Source: Candidatus Latescibacterota bacterium (GTDB taxonomy: Bacteria; Latescibacterota; UBA2968). Taken from it: 64,000 bases of DNA. The DNA lies in assembly GCA_965116885.1 (NCBI GenBank), contig OZ220741.1, forward strand, positions 3,488,001 through 3,552,000. The letters are read 5' to 3'. Below, piece after piece: positions 50,801 to 60,394 of this stretch. The notes under the pieces are model-generated. The model worked only from the letters and a program-made list of their open reading frames with translations, was not told the DNA's origin and did no database searches. How positions within the stretch are numbered: position 1 is the stretch's first letter; every line of letters starts with the position of its first letter. Position numbers and translations under genes: made by a program.

Positions 50801-51472
50801 TTAGGCTATCAGCCATGTAATTGCGTTGTCAATAAGCTTCGCAGTCATTGGATGCATAAGAATAGCCTGATCGTGCCCGGGCACCAGCACCATCACACGT
50901 CCGCTTCCATACTCATGACACCAACCTTGCACATGCCGCCCATTGGTCACAGAGTAGCTCTCGAGAAATACAGATGTTTGCGATTCATCCAGGTCCATAA
51001 TGTACTCTTCTTCCTGAACACAATAGGGTTCAACACCATCGGTCAGTTCGGGTAATACGCCCGTCGGACGGATTTCGATATCGATCCGCTTTGGATGGTT
51101 GTGAAAACGAGACTTTGAGACGCGCTGAATACCGCCGCCTTCGGAATAAAACGCAACGGCATCGTGGTGGAGAAATAGTCGGCCGCCATTTTGTGCATAT
51201 GCCTCAATGAGCGTTTCCTCATCTTCAGAAAGCCACTTGTGTTTATGCCCTTGCTGAAGAGTAAACTGCAACTCACGGGCATTCCGTACATCGTCGAATG
51301 CATATCGGCTAATGAGCACCATATCAAAAGATGAGAGATCGTCCCAGGGCACTGCATTGTCAAATACAATTGTCGGATCATACCCTCGCACATGTAGTGG
51401 TCTCACAAGCGCAGTGACCAGATGTGCCGGGCAGTGGTAAGCGTCTCCAAGAACTGCGAGTAATTTTTTCAC
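50801..51472 (-). CDS. ThuA-like (class I glutamine amidotransferase-like) protein
   Basis: GDAYH, GG.LFLH, F..HP, EEEY, YG.GRV....PGH. Confidence 0.8.
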   Translation of the reverse strand: MKKLLAVLGDAYHCPAHLVTALVRPLHVRGYDPTIVFDNAVPWDDLSSFDMVLISRYAFDDVRNARELQFTLQQGHKHKWLSEDEETLIEAYAQNGGRLFLHHDAVAFYSEGGGIQRVSKSRFHNHPKRIDIEIRPTGVLPELTDGVEPYCVQEEEYIMDLDESQTSVFLESYSVTNGRHVQGWCHEYGSGRVMVLVPGHDQAILMHPMTAKLIDNAITWLIA

Positions 51473-51519
51473 AATCTGCTCCTTTTGGCGGTCAGGACGG
51501 CAACTGCATAACTAAAGCC

Positions 51520-52680
51520 CTACTCATAGACCATCTCCCCGGTCTTGTGGTTCTCGATCCAGTCCCGGTCGAACTCCACCCCCAGTCCCGGCCCCTCTGG
51601 CACTTCGACGCAGCCGTTCTCATCGACCGAATCCAACTCGTCGAGCCAGCGTCTTTCTGCATAGACCGCCGGCTTGGTAGCGGGCACCAGGGGATGCACC
51701 AGACCCAATTCGTAGTAATTGGCGTTGCGCAGGGTCGCCATGATATGCCGGTGTGCCAGATTGCCGCCGTGCAACTCCACGTCCAGCCCGTGCGCCTCGG
51801 CCATAGCAGCGATCTTCATTACCCCGGTGATGCCGCCGTCGGTCTGGGCGTTGGCGCGTACGAAGTCGGTGGCACCGGCAGTAATGGTATCGGCCTTGGC
51901 CTCCAGCCCGCGCACATGTTCGCCCATCAGCATCGGCGTATTGATCAATTCGCGCAGCTTGGCGTGGGCAAAGCGCGAAAAGCCGCCGCCCCTGAACGGA
52001 TCCTCATACCACATATAGCGCGCCTCGTCGCAGGCGCGACCCACCTTGAGCACGTCCTCGAATGTGGGAAAACATCCGGCTGGATCGAGCAACAGGTCCA
52101 TATCGTCGCCCACCGCTTCGCGAATGGCTAATACCGCCGCTACCTCGCGGTCGATCGGTCCGTTGATCCAACCGTGGATCTTAAACGCTGGATAGCCGTA
52201 TTGCTCCTTGCAGCGCAGCGCGAATTGCGCGAAGTCGTCCGGTGTCGTCAAGCCGCCGTTTTCGTCGCCGTGGTAGGTCGAAGCGTAGGCCGGCAACTTC
52301 TTGCGCCAACCCCCGCCCAAAAGTTCGTAGATCGGCGCGTCGTAGAGTTTGCCGGCGAAATCCCACAGCGCGATATCTACCGCACCCGGCGGCGTGCCGT
52401 CCTGTCCGCGGCGCGAGCGCTTGAGGTCGTGCCAGATGATCTCGCGGTCCAGCGGGTTGCGGCCGAGCAAGTACTGCGCCGGGCGGGAATCGATGCCACC
52501 GGACGCAATGCCGCTGATGCCGACGCTGGTCTCGATGGTCAGCAATCCTCCGCCCAGAGTCAGGCGGCCGCCCTTGCGATAGACCGTGTCGAAGCCCAAT
52601 TGCTCCTCCAACTCCATATCTGCGATCTCATAGGCAAAACTCGTCGAGGTAATGCGGGTGATCTCAATATCTCGCGCCAT
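51520..52680 (-). CDS. Mandelate racemase/enolase superfamily protein
   Basis: DIALWD, KIH, LLD, YEDP, MGE, ELHG, GPGLGVE. Confidence 0.9.
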   Translation of the reverse strand: MARDIEITRITSTSFAYEIADMELEEQLGFDTVYRKGGRLTLGGGLLTIETSVGISGIASGGIDSRPAQYLLGRNPLDREIIWHDLKRSRRGQDGTPPGAVDIALWDFAGKLYDAPIYELLGGGWRKKLPAYASTYHGDENGGLTTPDDFAQFALRCKEQYGYPAFKIHGWINGPIDREVAAVLAIREAVGDDMDLLLDPAGCFPTFEDVLKVGRACDEARYMWYEDPFRGGGFSRFAHAKLRELINTPMLMGEHVRGLEAKADTITAGATDFVRANAQTDGGITGVMKIAAMAEAHGLDVELHGGNLAHRHIMATLRNANYYELGLVHPLVPATKPAVYAERRWLDELDSVDENGCVEVPEGPGLGVEFDRDWIENHKTGEMVYE

Positions 52681-52732
52681 GGTGCTCTCTCTTTCGCTGT
52701 GTGTTTGGTTTTAACTTCCGCTCCACGGCTAC

Positions 52733-53617
52733 TCATCTCACGATCTGAGGTGACGCATAAAGATCGGGCCTGGCCTCGTTCGCTGTGAAGCAACCGGATG
52801 ATCGCGCTTTCTCTATTAAATCTCTCGAGACCTCGGTCACGATCATGCCTTCCACTGGCGCGTGTTCGTCGATGAACTGGCCGGTCGGATCGATCGCGAA
52901 GGCGAGTCCCGGAAACCAGGCATTGCCGCTTTTTCCCGCCTGGTTGGCGTAGAAAATGTAGAGCGCATTGTCCACTGCCCTTGCTGGCAAGATCTGGGCG
53001 GCAAGCTGTCGATGTTCGGCTGCCTGTTCGGTCTGATCGCCGTCAGGGGTGACGTTGTCAGCGCGGCCGCTTGCACCTACGGCGAGGAGAAAAAAATCCG
53101 CGCCCTGCTGTGCGGCGGTTCGGAAGATCTCCGGAAACCTCAGGTCGTAGCAGATCCCCACGCCGAAGGTCCAGCCTTGCGATGTCACGATAGGGAGTTG
53201 GCTCCCCGGTTCGAACCAGGCCCGCTCGGTTTCATTCGGGATGTGTAGTTTGGTGAAGGTCGCGAGGTAACCGCTGGGCCCTACGATGTAGGTGCTGTTG
53301 CGATAGCGTTCGCCCGCTGGCTCGATGGTACCGACGACAAGGGTCATGTCGAGCTCGCTACAGAGCGATTCGAGGAACGGAATTGATTCCTGGGCCGCTG
53401 CTTCTGCGATCCGCATGGACTCCTCGGGAGGAATGTCCGATTTGTTCATTGAGCCTGTGATGCACTCTTCGGGAAAGAGCGCAAACGCGGCACCTTGCCT
53501 GTGAGCCTCTCTCGACCACTCGGCAATCCGGTCGAGGTTGGTCGTGGGGTCGCCCATCGCGCTGTGCATGGCGACCGATGCGATACGTGTTTTTGTGTTG
53601 TTCATGGGATATGCCAT
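52733..53617 (-). CDS. Carbon-nitrogen hydrolase (nitrilase family)
   Basis: E-K-C triad: FPEE, TKLH, ICYDLRFPE. Confidence 0.92.
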   Translation of the reverse strand: MAYPMNNTKTRIASVAMHSAMGDPTTNLDRIAEWSREAHRQGAAFALFPEECITGSMNKSDIPPEESMRIAEAAAQESIPFLESLCSELDMTLVVGTIEPAGERYRNSTYIVGPSGYLATFTKLHIPNETERAWFEPGSQLPIVTSQGWTFGVGICYDLRFPEIFRTAAQQGADFFLLAVGASGRADNVTPDGDQTEQAAEHRQLAAQILPARAVDNALYIFYANQAGKSGNAWFPGLAFAIDPTGQFIDEHAPVEGMIVTEVSRDLIEKARSSGCFTANEARPDLYASPQIVR

Positions 53618-53654
53618 TCGACCCTTTCTCCGATGCGTGGTTATTCATGCGTCC

Positions 53655-54620
53655 TCATACGGCCGAACGGACCGAATAGACCGCTTCGAGCGAACCGACG
53701 TTCGGGCGGCGGTTCTCATCGTTCTGCCGGATGTTGCGGGCGAAGAAATCGTCGAATAGTTCCAACTCAAATTCTCTCGCAATGTCTATGGCCGAGCGCT
53801 TATCCGAATTGCTGTGGATCAAGGCGGTCCCGAGATAGCTCGGTACGTCGATCGTGACCTCATCCTGGTATTTCTTCTCGATCAGCGGAAACTTGCCGGA
53901 GTTTCCACTGCGTTTGACCAGCACGCGGTCCAGGTTGATCGTCGCGCACATCGTGCGTGAATAGTTGGTGTTCAGTTTCACGGGCTGGCCGAGGGGATTG
54001 ATCACCCCGCCTCCGTAGAACCGAAGCGCGGTCAGATAGTAGCACTGGCATTCGTACGCCCATTGCTGCTGAAGGAATCCGCCGTGATAGGCGCTGGGAA
54101 ATGTGAGGATGTCCGGTTTCAGGTCCCGGTATTCGAACCGAAGTTGTTCGAATTTCTGGTCGAAACAAACCACCCCTCCAAGGCGACCGATCGCGGTGTC
54201 GAAAACTTTGGGGCCGTCACCCGATCGCAACCCTTGTTTTCGCTCGTTATCCGTCAGGAACGTCTTGTGATAGGCACCGATCACCGAGCCATCAGGGCCG
54301 ATGTACACAATCGAATTGAACACGTCGTCGCCTTCGCGGAGCTTGATGGATCCGGCCACGTGACATGACTCGGCCCTGGCGAAATCCCGGTACATTGACA
54401 AAAACGGACCCGGCTGTTCCACGGTCTCGGCCGTTTCCAGGGTCTGGCCGTATCCTTCGACCAGTTCACAGGTCAACACCAGGTCCAGGTTGTATCCTTT
54501 CAGTGAATTGAGATCGTTTCGGGTCATGCGCAGTACTTTTGCCATGCTATCGGGTTCACCCCGCTGCAAATCGGTAAATGCACTGAACTGAATCGATCCA
54601 ACTCTTACGAATCGTGCCAT
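53655..54620 (-). CDS. Carbon-nitrogen hydrolase family protein
   Basis: TCE, YHKT, VCFDQKF. Confidence 0.85.
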   Translation of the reverse strand: MARFVRVGSIQFSAFTDLQRGEPDSMAKVLRMTRNDLNSLKGYNLDLVLTCELVEGYGQTLETAETVEQPGPFLSMYRDFARAESCHVAGSIKLREGDDVFNSIVYIGPDGSVIGAYHKTFLTDNERKQGLRSGDGPKVFDTAIGRLGGVVCFDQKFEQLRFEYRDLKPDILTFPSAYHGGFLQQQWAYECQCYYLTALRFYGGGVINPLGQPVKLNTNYSRTMCATINLDRVLVKRSGNSGKFPLIEKKYQDEVTIDVPSYLGTALIHSNSDKRSAIDIAREFELELFDDFFARNIRQNDENRRPNVGSLEAVYSVRSAV

Positions 54621-54650
54621 CTCTCTCTCCTTTCACAATGCTAATGTCCA

Positions 54651-55940
54651 TTAGAGCGCGGCGTCGCCCGCCTCCGTCCGCAAGCTGTGTCGGCCCTCTA
54701 TATGCGCGTGCCAGTCCATGCCGATCTCCGGTCGTGGCCGGGTCGGTCTGGGCAGCGCATTCGCCTGCTCCGCCACGATCGCCGGCACGCCCACGTCGCT
54801 CAGCAACTGCGCCAGATACGCCATCCGCACCAGCGTCTCGCTCTGGTACAGGCTCATGCCATCGACACCCGCCGCGTACTGTTGCGCCGCCAGCGCATAG
54901 GCCGGTTGCGGCGCATAAAAACCCGTATTCTTCTCTACCCGGCTTTCAATCAGCCCTTTGGATCCCACACCGCCAATGCACAGTTTGCCGTGTCGGTGCG
55001 CCACCGCTGCGTGATAGCCGACGTGCAGGTCCAGATCCTCGCGGGTCAGAGGAAAGGGACTCAACATCAATCCGTCGATCAGATCCTCCTCGCACCAGCG
55101 CTCGCTGTCCAGCCCATAGGCCAGCATCAGCCAGCGCGCGTTGTCGGGCACCCGGGCGATGATCGGGCAGCGCCGACCCAATTTGTCCTCCTGGATGCGC
55201 ACCGCTCGCCGCAGTTCGGTCATAAATCCGGTCAGCACGTCGGCCCGGTACTGGAACCACGCCCGGTATTGTTCGAAGTCGTCCGAGTCGATTTCGCGCG
55301 GATCCATCCCCGTCTCCGCTATAAACGGCTCGACCAGCGCCGGATGGTATAGCAGCATCGGCATCTGCCGGCAGAAGTCGAGCACCAGCCCATTGACGCC
55401 AATCCTCTGGCACTCGAGCAAAATATCGATCCGCTCGCGCCGCACTTCCGCCAGCGCGTAGCACAGCCGGCTGGCGTCCTCGTTGCCCGGCTTGGTCACC
55501 TCCCTGAAGGCCGGATTGTCCAGCGCGAATTTGGACGTGACCCCTATCCAGTCTGCCCGGCCATAGTGGCGGTTCATCCCCAGGCGGCCCCATAGTTGCG
55601 CCTCACGATCGCGGCACAGCGCCAGCGCGTGCCGCAGCGGACACACCTCGTCCATCACTTTGCGAACAAAGCTCCAGGATATGCCTCCGACCTGGTCGCC
55701 ATTTTCGCACATTCGCGTGATATGGGGTAACTCGGACCAGTAGTCCACCACCGAACGCCCCAGATTCCAAACCAGATAGTCGCAGCCCGCTTGCAGGTGC
55801 AGGTCGATGCACTCGTCCAGTGCTTTGGGGCCCGGGCACGGCTTGTCGTAGTTGGCGTAGTAGCACATCCACTCCGAGATGCCAAACACCGGTTTTTCGT
55901 TGCCGCTTGCCGCGCGCAATTCGAGTTGCTCTTGCGCCAT
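54651..55940 (-). CDS. GHL10-like TIM-barrel glycoside hydrolase
   Basis: L.Y...EVR, G.VLDFCR, D..RW..EDLID, GVDG.SLY. Confidence 0.6.
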   Translation of the reverse strand: MAQEQLELRAASGNEKPVFGISEWMCYYANYDKPCPGPKALDECIDLHLQAGCDYLVWNLGRSVVDYWSELPHITRMCENGDQVGGISWSFVRKVMDEVCPLRHALALCRDREAQLWGRLGMNRHYGRADWIGVTSKFALDNPAFREVTKPGNEDASRLCYALAEVRRERIDILLECQRIGVNGLVLDFCRQMPMLLYHPALVEPFIAETGMDPREIDSDDFEQYRAWFQYRADVLTGFMTELRRAVRIQEDKLGRRCPIIARVPDNARWLMLAYGLDSERWCEEDLIDGLMLSPFPLTREDLDLHVGYHAAVAHRHGKLCIGGVGSKGLIESRVEKNTGFYAPQPAYALAAQQYAAGVDGMSLYQSETLVRMAYLAQLLSDVGVPAIVAEQANALPRPTRPRPEIGMDWHAHIEGRHSLRTEAGDAAL

Positions 55941-55979
55941 CTAAGGTGACCTCCTGATCGGGTGTATTTATTGAAAGCA

Positions 55980-56915
55980 TTAAGCGGGCCATCGCGCGGT
56001 GCCGATGGCGTAATACTTGTGTACGAAAGGTGGTTTGGTGCGCGAAGCGTACCACAGGCGCAGGGAGCCGTCGGTTAGGCGTAAGAGCGAATGGCTGGTG
56101 GTAAAGTGCGATTCCCAGGGACGCGAAGGATCGGGGCCGAAGATCGGATTGTGAGGGCTTTTGGTCCAGTTGAGACCGTCTTCGCTGATGGCAAATCCGA
56201 TGGAGGTTTTCATGACCTCGGGCGGATAGCTGCTGTAGCTGCCGTACCACATCAGATAATAACCGTCTTCTTTGAGAACGGTTGGATAGACCAGGCGCTG
56301 GAACTCCCATTCCTGGTCCAATTCCAACACCGGCTGGGGATGGAATTGCCAGTCAAAGCCGTCGTCGCTGGTGGCGGCGCGTATGGTCCAGGGATCGGCG
56401 GTCACATCGGTGTACCACAGGCGGTAGCGGTCGTCTTCCCAAAATAGGGTGGGGGCGTAGGCGTTTTCCAATAGGGGAGGGGAGGGCGTCTCCCAGCGAA
56501 GTCCGTCGTCGCTGGTCATGGCGTGCAGGGTGTGGCGTGTGTCACCAGAGGGGAAGTCGGTCGAGGAAAAAAACATCCGCAGCTTGCCCGCCTCGCGCCG
56601 CAGGGAGCCATCCGGGTGGCGCACCAGGGTAGGGGTGAGGATGGAGTGGTCGGTCTCCAGGGTGCAAACCGGGGAGGCGGGGTGTCGTGTAAAATGCAGG
56701 CCGTCGTCGCTGGTGGCCAGCCCCAGAGCAAAAACCCGCAGATCCACTTCGCCGCGCGAGCCGCTGTACCACATGTAATAGCGATTGTTTTCCAAAGCGA
56801 CACAGGGAGCAAAAATGTGGGTGTCGTCAAATTGACCGGCTGCGCCCAGGGATAGACAGGGCGCATCGATGTCTCGCTCCCAGGGTTGTGGATCCAGCCA
56901 TTGGTTTTTGTCCAT
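55980..56915 (-). CDS. GH32/GH43/GH130-like beta-propeller protein
   Basis: Repeated MWYSG...GLATSDDG..W blades. Confidence 0.75.
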   Translation of the reverse strand: MDKNQWLDPQPWERDIDAPCLSLGAAGQFDDTHIFAPCVALENNRYYMWYSGSRGEVDLRVFALGLATSDDGLHFTRHPASPVCTLETDHSILTPTLVRHPDGSLRREAGKLRMFFSSTDFPSGDTRHTLHAMTSDDGLRWETPSPPLLENAYAPTLFWEDDRYRLWYTDVTADPWTIRAATSDDGFDWQFHPQPVLELDQEWEFQRLVYPTVLKEDGYYLMWYGSYSSYPPEVMKTSIGFAISEDGLNWTKSPHNPIFGPDPSRPWESHFTTSHSLLRLTDGSLRLWYASRTKPPFVHKYYAIGTARWPA

Positions 56916-56932
56916 GATCTATTTTCCTCATT

Positions 56933-58351
56933 TTACCTCGCCGTATAATCCCCCTCCAAAATACAGGGGAGACCATCGCGGGCCATCAGTGCAATCCGCG
57001 CCAATCCATGCTGTAAAAAACTCGGTCCCATCTGCGACTCGTACCAATCGATTCCCGACGCACCTCTCGGCAGGTCGCCGTCCATATAAATGGCCATAAG
57101 CTTCTCGGCAAGGGCCAGGCCCCCGTCCAGCCACCTGGTTTCTCCCGTCAGATCATATAGATCTGCCAATAACTCCAACCCCAATCCGGCATCCATCGCC
57201 GGTACAGCAATGTCATCCGGGAAATCGGTTTCCAAATAGCTCTTTCCAACTGCGACGGTCCACTCAAAAAGCCCTTGATGGGGCCGAATGCGATGGCCAC
57301 ACAGGGCAAATAGTGCGGCGTAACAGGCGGGCCAGTTTCCATATACACTGCCCCAAACCGGCATCGTTCCTTTCGCTTCGTTGGAACCCCGGTGAAAGGA
57401 ATTCACATAGATACCCCGTTCCAGGTCGTGGGGGGCCTTTAAAAATCCGTCGATATAAACGGCCGCCCGTTCTCTCATGCGAGTGGCCAGATCTGGTAAC
57501 GCACCTGCAATCAACTCGGCGGATTCAAGCAGGCTCACCCCCAGGGAGAGCGTCTGTCCAGGCGCATTGATTCGATAAAAATCCACATCGTCCTCGGGCG
57601 ACCGGCTCTCCGTTTGCAGCAGGCCCAGGTCGTCCCGCTTCTCCCACCAGTAGTCCAGCATGGTTTCGATTTGTTGTACAAAATCCGTCCGACCCGTCTT
57701 CAAGTAGGCAAACGCCCAATCGAAAATGTAAAATCCCCCATGCCTCGGGAAATCGCAGGACCGCGCCCCCCGGGCATAGGGGCGTTTCTCATCGATATAA
57801 GCATGCCGGATGTATTCCAGCGGCTCCCCTTCGGTCCAATGTCCGTCAATCCCCTCGGCAAAGCGCTCGACGCATGGCGGATTGAAGGCATACAGTTTTT
57901 CCCATAGCCAGAGCGGTGCCTGTCGCAGGTGATCGTGTGTCGTCTTACTGGGACTTGCTCCTTCCCGCAACTGATAGCTGTCTGCCACCCGATCTTCAAT
58001 CAGGTGCCAGTACGCGTGTTCTCCCCAGGGGAAAATACCCGTTATTGTATTCGTACAGTGGGTCGCAAACCGCTGCAAATACCGGTCTGCCGCCCGTGCA
58101 TAATCCGGACGGTCCAGCGCCTCGGCAAGCGCGTACATGGTCTTTAGCGCCGCCTGATCGTGGATCAGGTTGCTGCCCAGATGTGACCGATCGCCGTCCC
58201 GCTGCCCCGCAATGCCCGGTGGCATTTTCGTCATCATCTGATGGGTCGATCGATCGATAATCGAGGGGAACAACCCCTCATAGGGCGCTCCCAATGCGAT
58301 CAGGATATCCAGCGATCGGCACACCTTCTCAAGCATGGTTTCGGGGTTCAT
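56933..58351 (-). CDS. Hypothetical protein (possible alpha/alpha-toroid lyase or glycosidase)
   Basis: 472-aa ORF with RBS in an operon-like run. FPWGEH, DFPRHGG, LYDLTGE..W motifs. Confidence 0.65.
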   Translation of the reverse strand: MNPETMLEKVCRSLDILIALGAPYEGLFPSIIDRSTHQMMTKMPPGIAGQRDGDRSHLGSNLIHDQAALKTMYALAEALDRPDYARAADRYLQRFATHCTNTITGIFPWGEHAYWHLIEDRVADSYQLREGASPSKTTHDHLRQAPLWLWEKLYAFNPPCVERFAEGIDGHWTEGEPLEYIRHAYIDEKRPYARGARSCDFPRHGGFYIFDWAFAYLKTGRTDFVQQIETMLDYWWEKRDDLGLLQTESRSPEDDVDFYRINAPGQTLSLGVSLLESAELIAGALPDLATRMRERAAVYIDGFLKAPHDLERGIYVNSFHRGSNEAKGTMPVWGSVYGNWPACYAALFALCGHRIRPHQGLFEWTVAVGKSYLETDFPDDIAVPAMDAGLGLELLADLYDLTGETRWLDGGLALAEKLMAIYMDGDLPRGASGIDWYESQMGPSFLQHGLARIALMARDGLPCILEGDYTAR

Positions 58352-58434
58352 CAGCGTCCTCCGGTCTAAAAAAAGAATTATATAGGGTCTTTTAGGGGGC
58401 AGGTCAAGCGGTGTAAGGTGTGGTTGGAGCGGTC

Positions 58435-59523
58435 TTACTTGGCCAGGCCCCGCTCGACTTTTTGCTCAAAATCGCGCATCTGATCCGCCCCATCTAACAC
58501 GCCGATTTCCATGTTGAACTCGCGCACCTCGCCCGGTTCAATGTACTGCAAGGTCCCGTGCTTGCGGTTCCAGGCGCGACCGAGTACTGAGCAGTTGCCC
58601 GGCTCAATGCCGGTGACGTAGGTGCCTTTGTGGAAGTGCTGCCATTGGTTGACGATGGGGATCTCGCTGCGCTTGAACCGCCAATACAATCCCAGGCCGA
58701 GCTTTTCGTTGAGCAGGCCGATGTGGACGCGTCCCCGGCGGTCGGTGTGGGGCCGATGCACGTACACATCGTCGTGGGCGCGCGGTTGCGGCCCTTTGGC
58801 CACGGTGTAGTCCTCGGGACCGACGGGGCGGTCCTCGGTCCACTCGGTGCTCTCGCGGCTGTGGAGGACGAGGCGCGTTCCTTCGTCGAGGAGGGGGAAG
58901 CCGGGGTTGCAGTGATACACGAACATGAGGGGCGAACGGTCAACGGCGAGGTTTTCGATGCGGTCGCGGATGTGGATGCTCCGCTCGCCGAGCACGGTCG
59001 AAATCTCTCGCGACAGTTCTAAATTTTCCGCAAAGACCTCGGCCTGGCGCATTTGGCCGCGGATGCGCACGACGTAATCCGCGCCCTCCCAGCCCGCCTC
59101 GATGCCGACGTTCTTCGCCGGTATGTAAGAGAGGCGACCGTGCAGTGGCATCTCGGCGTTTTCTTCTTCGGGATCGACTTCTGGGTGGCCGACAAAGTCG
59201 AGGCCACAAGAGGTTACCAGCCCGCCGAACCAGCCGCGCCCCCATTTGAAGCCCTCTGGTTCGTAGAAGGCCGGTCCGACGTCTCCGGGTCCGGAGCGGA
59301 AGCACAGCGACTGGCCCTTGTAGTGGGCCGAGGCAATGTCGAGGGCGCGGCCGGGCAAGACGGAAAACCCCAGACCCGAAGCGTTGAATACGTCAATGAG
59401 GTCGGCGCCGCGCTCGAATCCTTCGCTGCGCTCGGCGCGGCGGGCGTACATGAGTTGGCTGATGTCGCCGACGCGGTTGAGCAGTTGGCGGCGCGTGTAG
59501 TTGCGGCCAAAGAGCCTGGGCAT
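58435..59523 (-). CDS. Aldose 1-epimerase family protein (DUF4432)
   Basis: RALDI, GG..TSCGL, LHGR.S..PA, YHCN.GFP, GIEPG. Confidence 0.88.
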   Translation of the reverse strand: MPRLFGRNYTRRQLLNRVGDISQLMYARRAERSEGFERGADLIDVFNASGLGFSVLPGRALDIASAHYKGQSLCFRSGPGDVGPAFYEPEGFKWGRGWFGGLVTSCGLDFVGHPEVDPEEENAEMPLHGRLSYIPAKNVGIEAGWEGADYVVRIRGQMRQAEVFAENLELSREISTVLGERSIHIRDRIENLAVDRSPLMFVYHCNPGFPLLDEGTRLVLHSRESTEWTEDRPVGPEDYTVAKGPQPRAHDDVYVHRPHTDRRGRVHIGLLNEKLGLGLYWRFKRSEIPIVNQWQHFHKGTYVTGIEPGNCSVLGRAWNRKHGTLQYIEPGEVREFNMEIGVLDGADQMRDFEQKVERGLAK

Positions 59524-59556
59524 GGGGGACCTCCTGTAGCAAATGCTAATCGGTTG

Positions 59557-60381
59557 TTAATGATCAAGGATCTGAAATTCGGCCTGAATCGGTTTATGGT
59601 CGGATGGATAAACACCGTCGATATTGTAGTCCACGACCTCATACGAGCGGACCTCAACGTTCCCTCTGAACAAAATCCAGTCGATTCCGTTGCCGCCTTC
59701 TATACTGTCTTTCAGTACGCCAGGCTCTGCCGAGCCTTTATCCCCGACAAATGTTCTATAGACATCGCTCCCCGGTCTTGCGTTGAAATCTGCCAACAGA
59801 AACACAGGGCGCGGTTTGGTCCATTCACCAAACCGGTCGAGCGAACGGACCCGCTCGACAATTAGTCTTGCACTATTCAGCCTTGCCAGTGCCATTCCCT
59901 CGCCTGGGGCCAGATGCGTGTTGAAGACATAAAACTCCTGAGTATTCTCCCAGTGCCCCCTGTAGTCCATTGGGTAGGGACTCGTTTCTCTATCTGCCGG
60001 TCTGTTGATGATCGCGAGGCGGGCCCATGTGACCATACGAGGATTGTTAGCAGGGCCGCTACCGATGACTTCCGGCGTTTCCGATAGCTGAAAACTATCC
60101 ATTTCTCTGAGTCGGAATCTGTCGCGCTTGAAGAAGATGGCCATATGCTCGTCATCGTCTCCTCCCTTTCGACCTTCTCCGATGACCACGTATTCAGGCA
60201 AATGATCCATCAGATAGTCGATCTGCTCCTTCAAGCCTTCCTGGGTACCAATGATGTCAGGATTGTGTTTGCGAATCAGTGCCACTTGCATATCGCGCCG
60301 CACTTCCCAGGGTGGCTCAAACGTGGGACTGGCATATTTCAGGTTGTAAGTCATAAACTTGATCGTCTTTTCGTCAGCCAT
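59557..60381 (-). CDS. Endonuclease/exonuclease/phosphatase family protein
   Basis: MTYNL, GTQE, NTHL, ADFN, IDWI, SDH.P. Confidence 0.92.
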   Translation of the reverse strand: MADEKTIKFMTYNLKYASPTFEPPWEVRRDMQVALIRKHNPDIIGTQEGLKEQIDYLMDHLPEYVVIGEGRKGGDDDEHMAIFFKRDRFRLREMDSFQLSETPEVIGSGPANNPRMVTWARLAIINRPADRETSPYPMDYRGHWENTQEFYVFNTHLAPGEGMALARLNSARLIVERVRSLDRFGEWTKPRPVFLLADFNARPGSDVYRTFVGDKGSAEPGVLKDSIEGGNGIDWILFRGNVEVRSYEVVDYNIDGVYPSDHKPIQAEFQILDH

Positions 60382-60394
60382 GGGATTTCCTCAT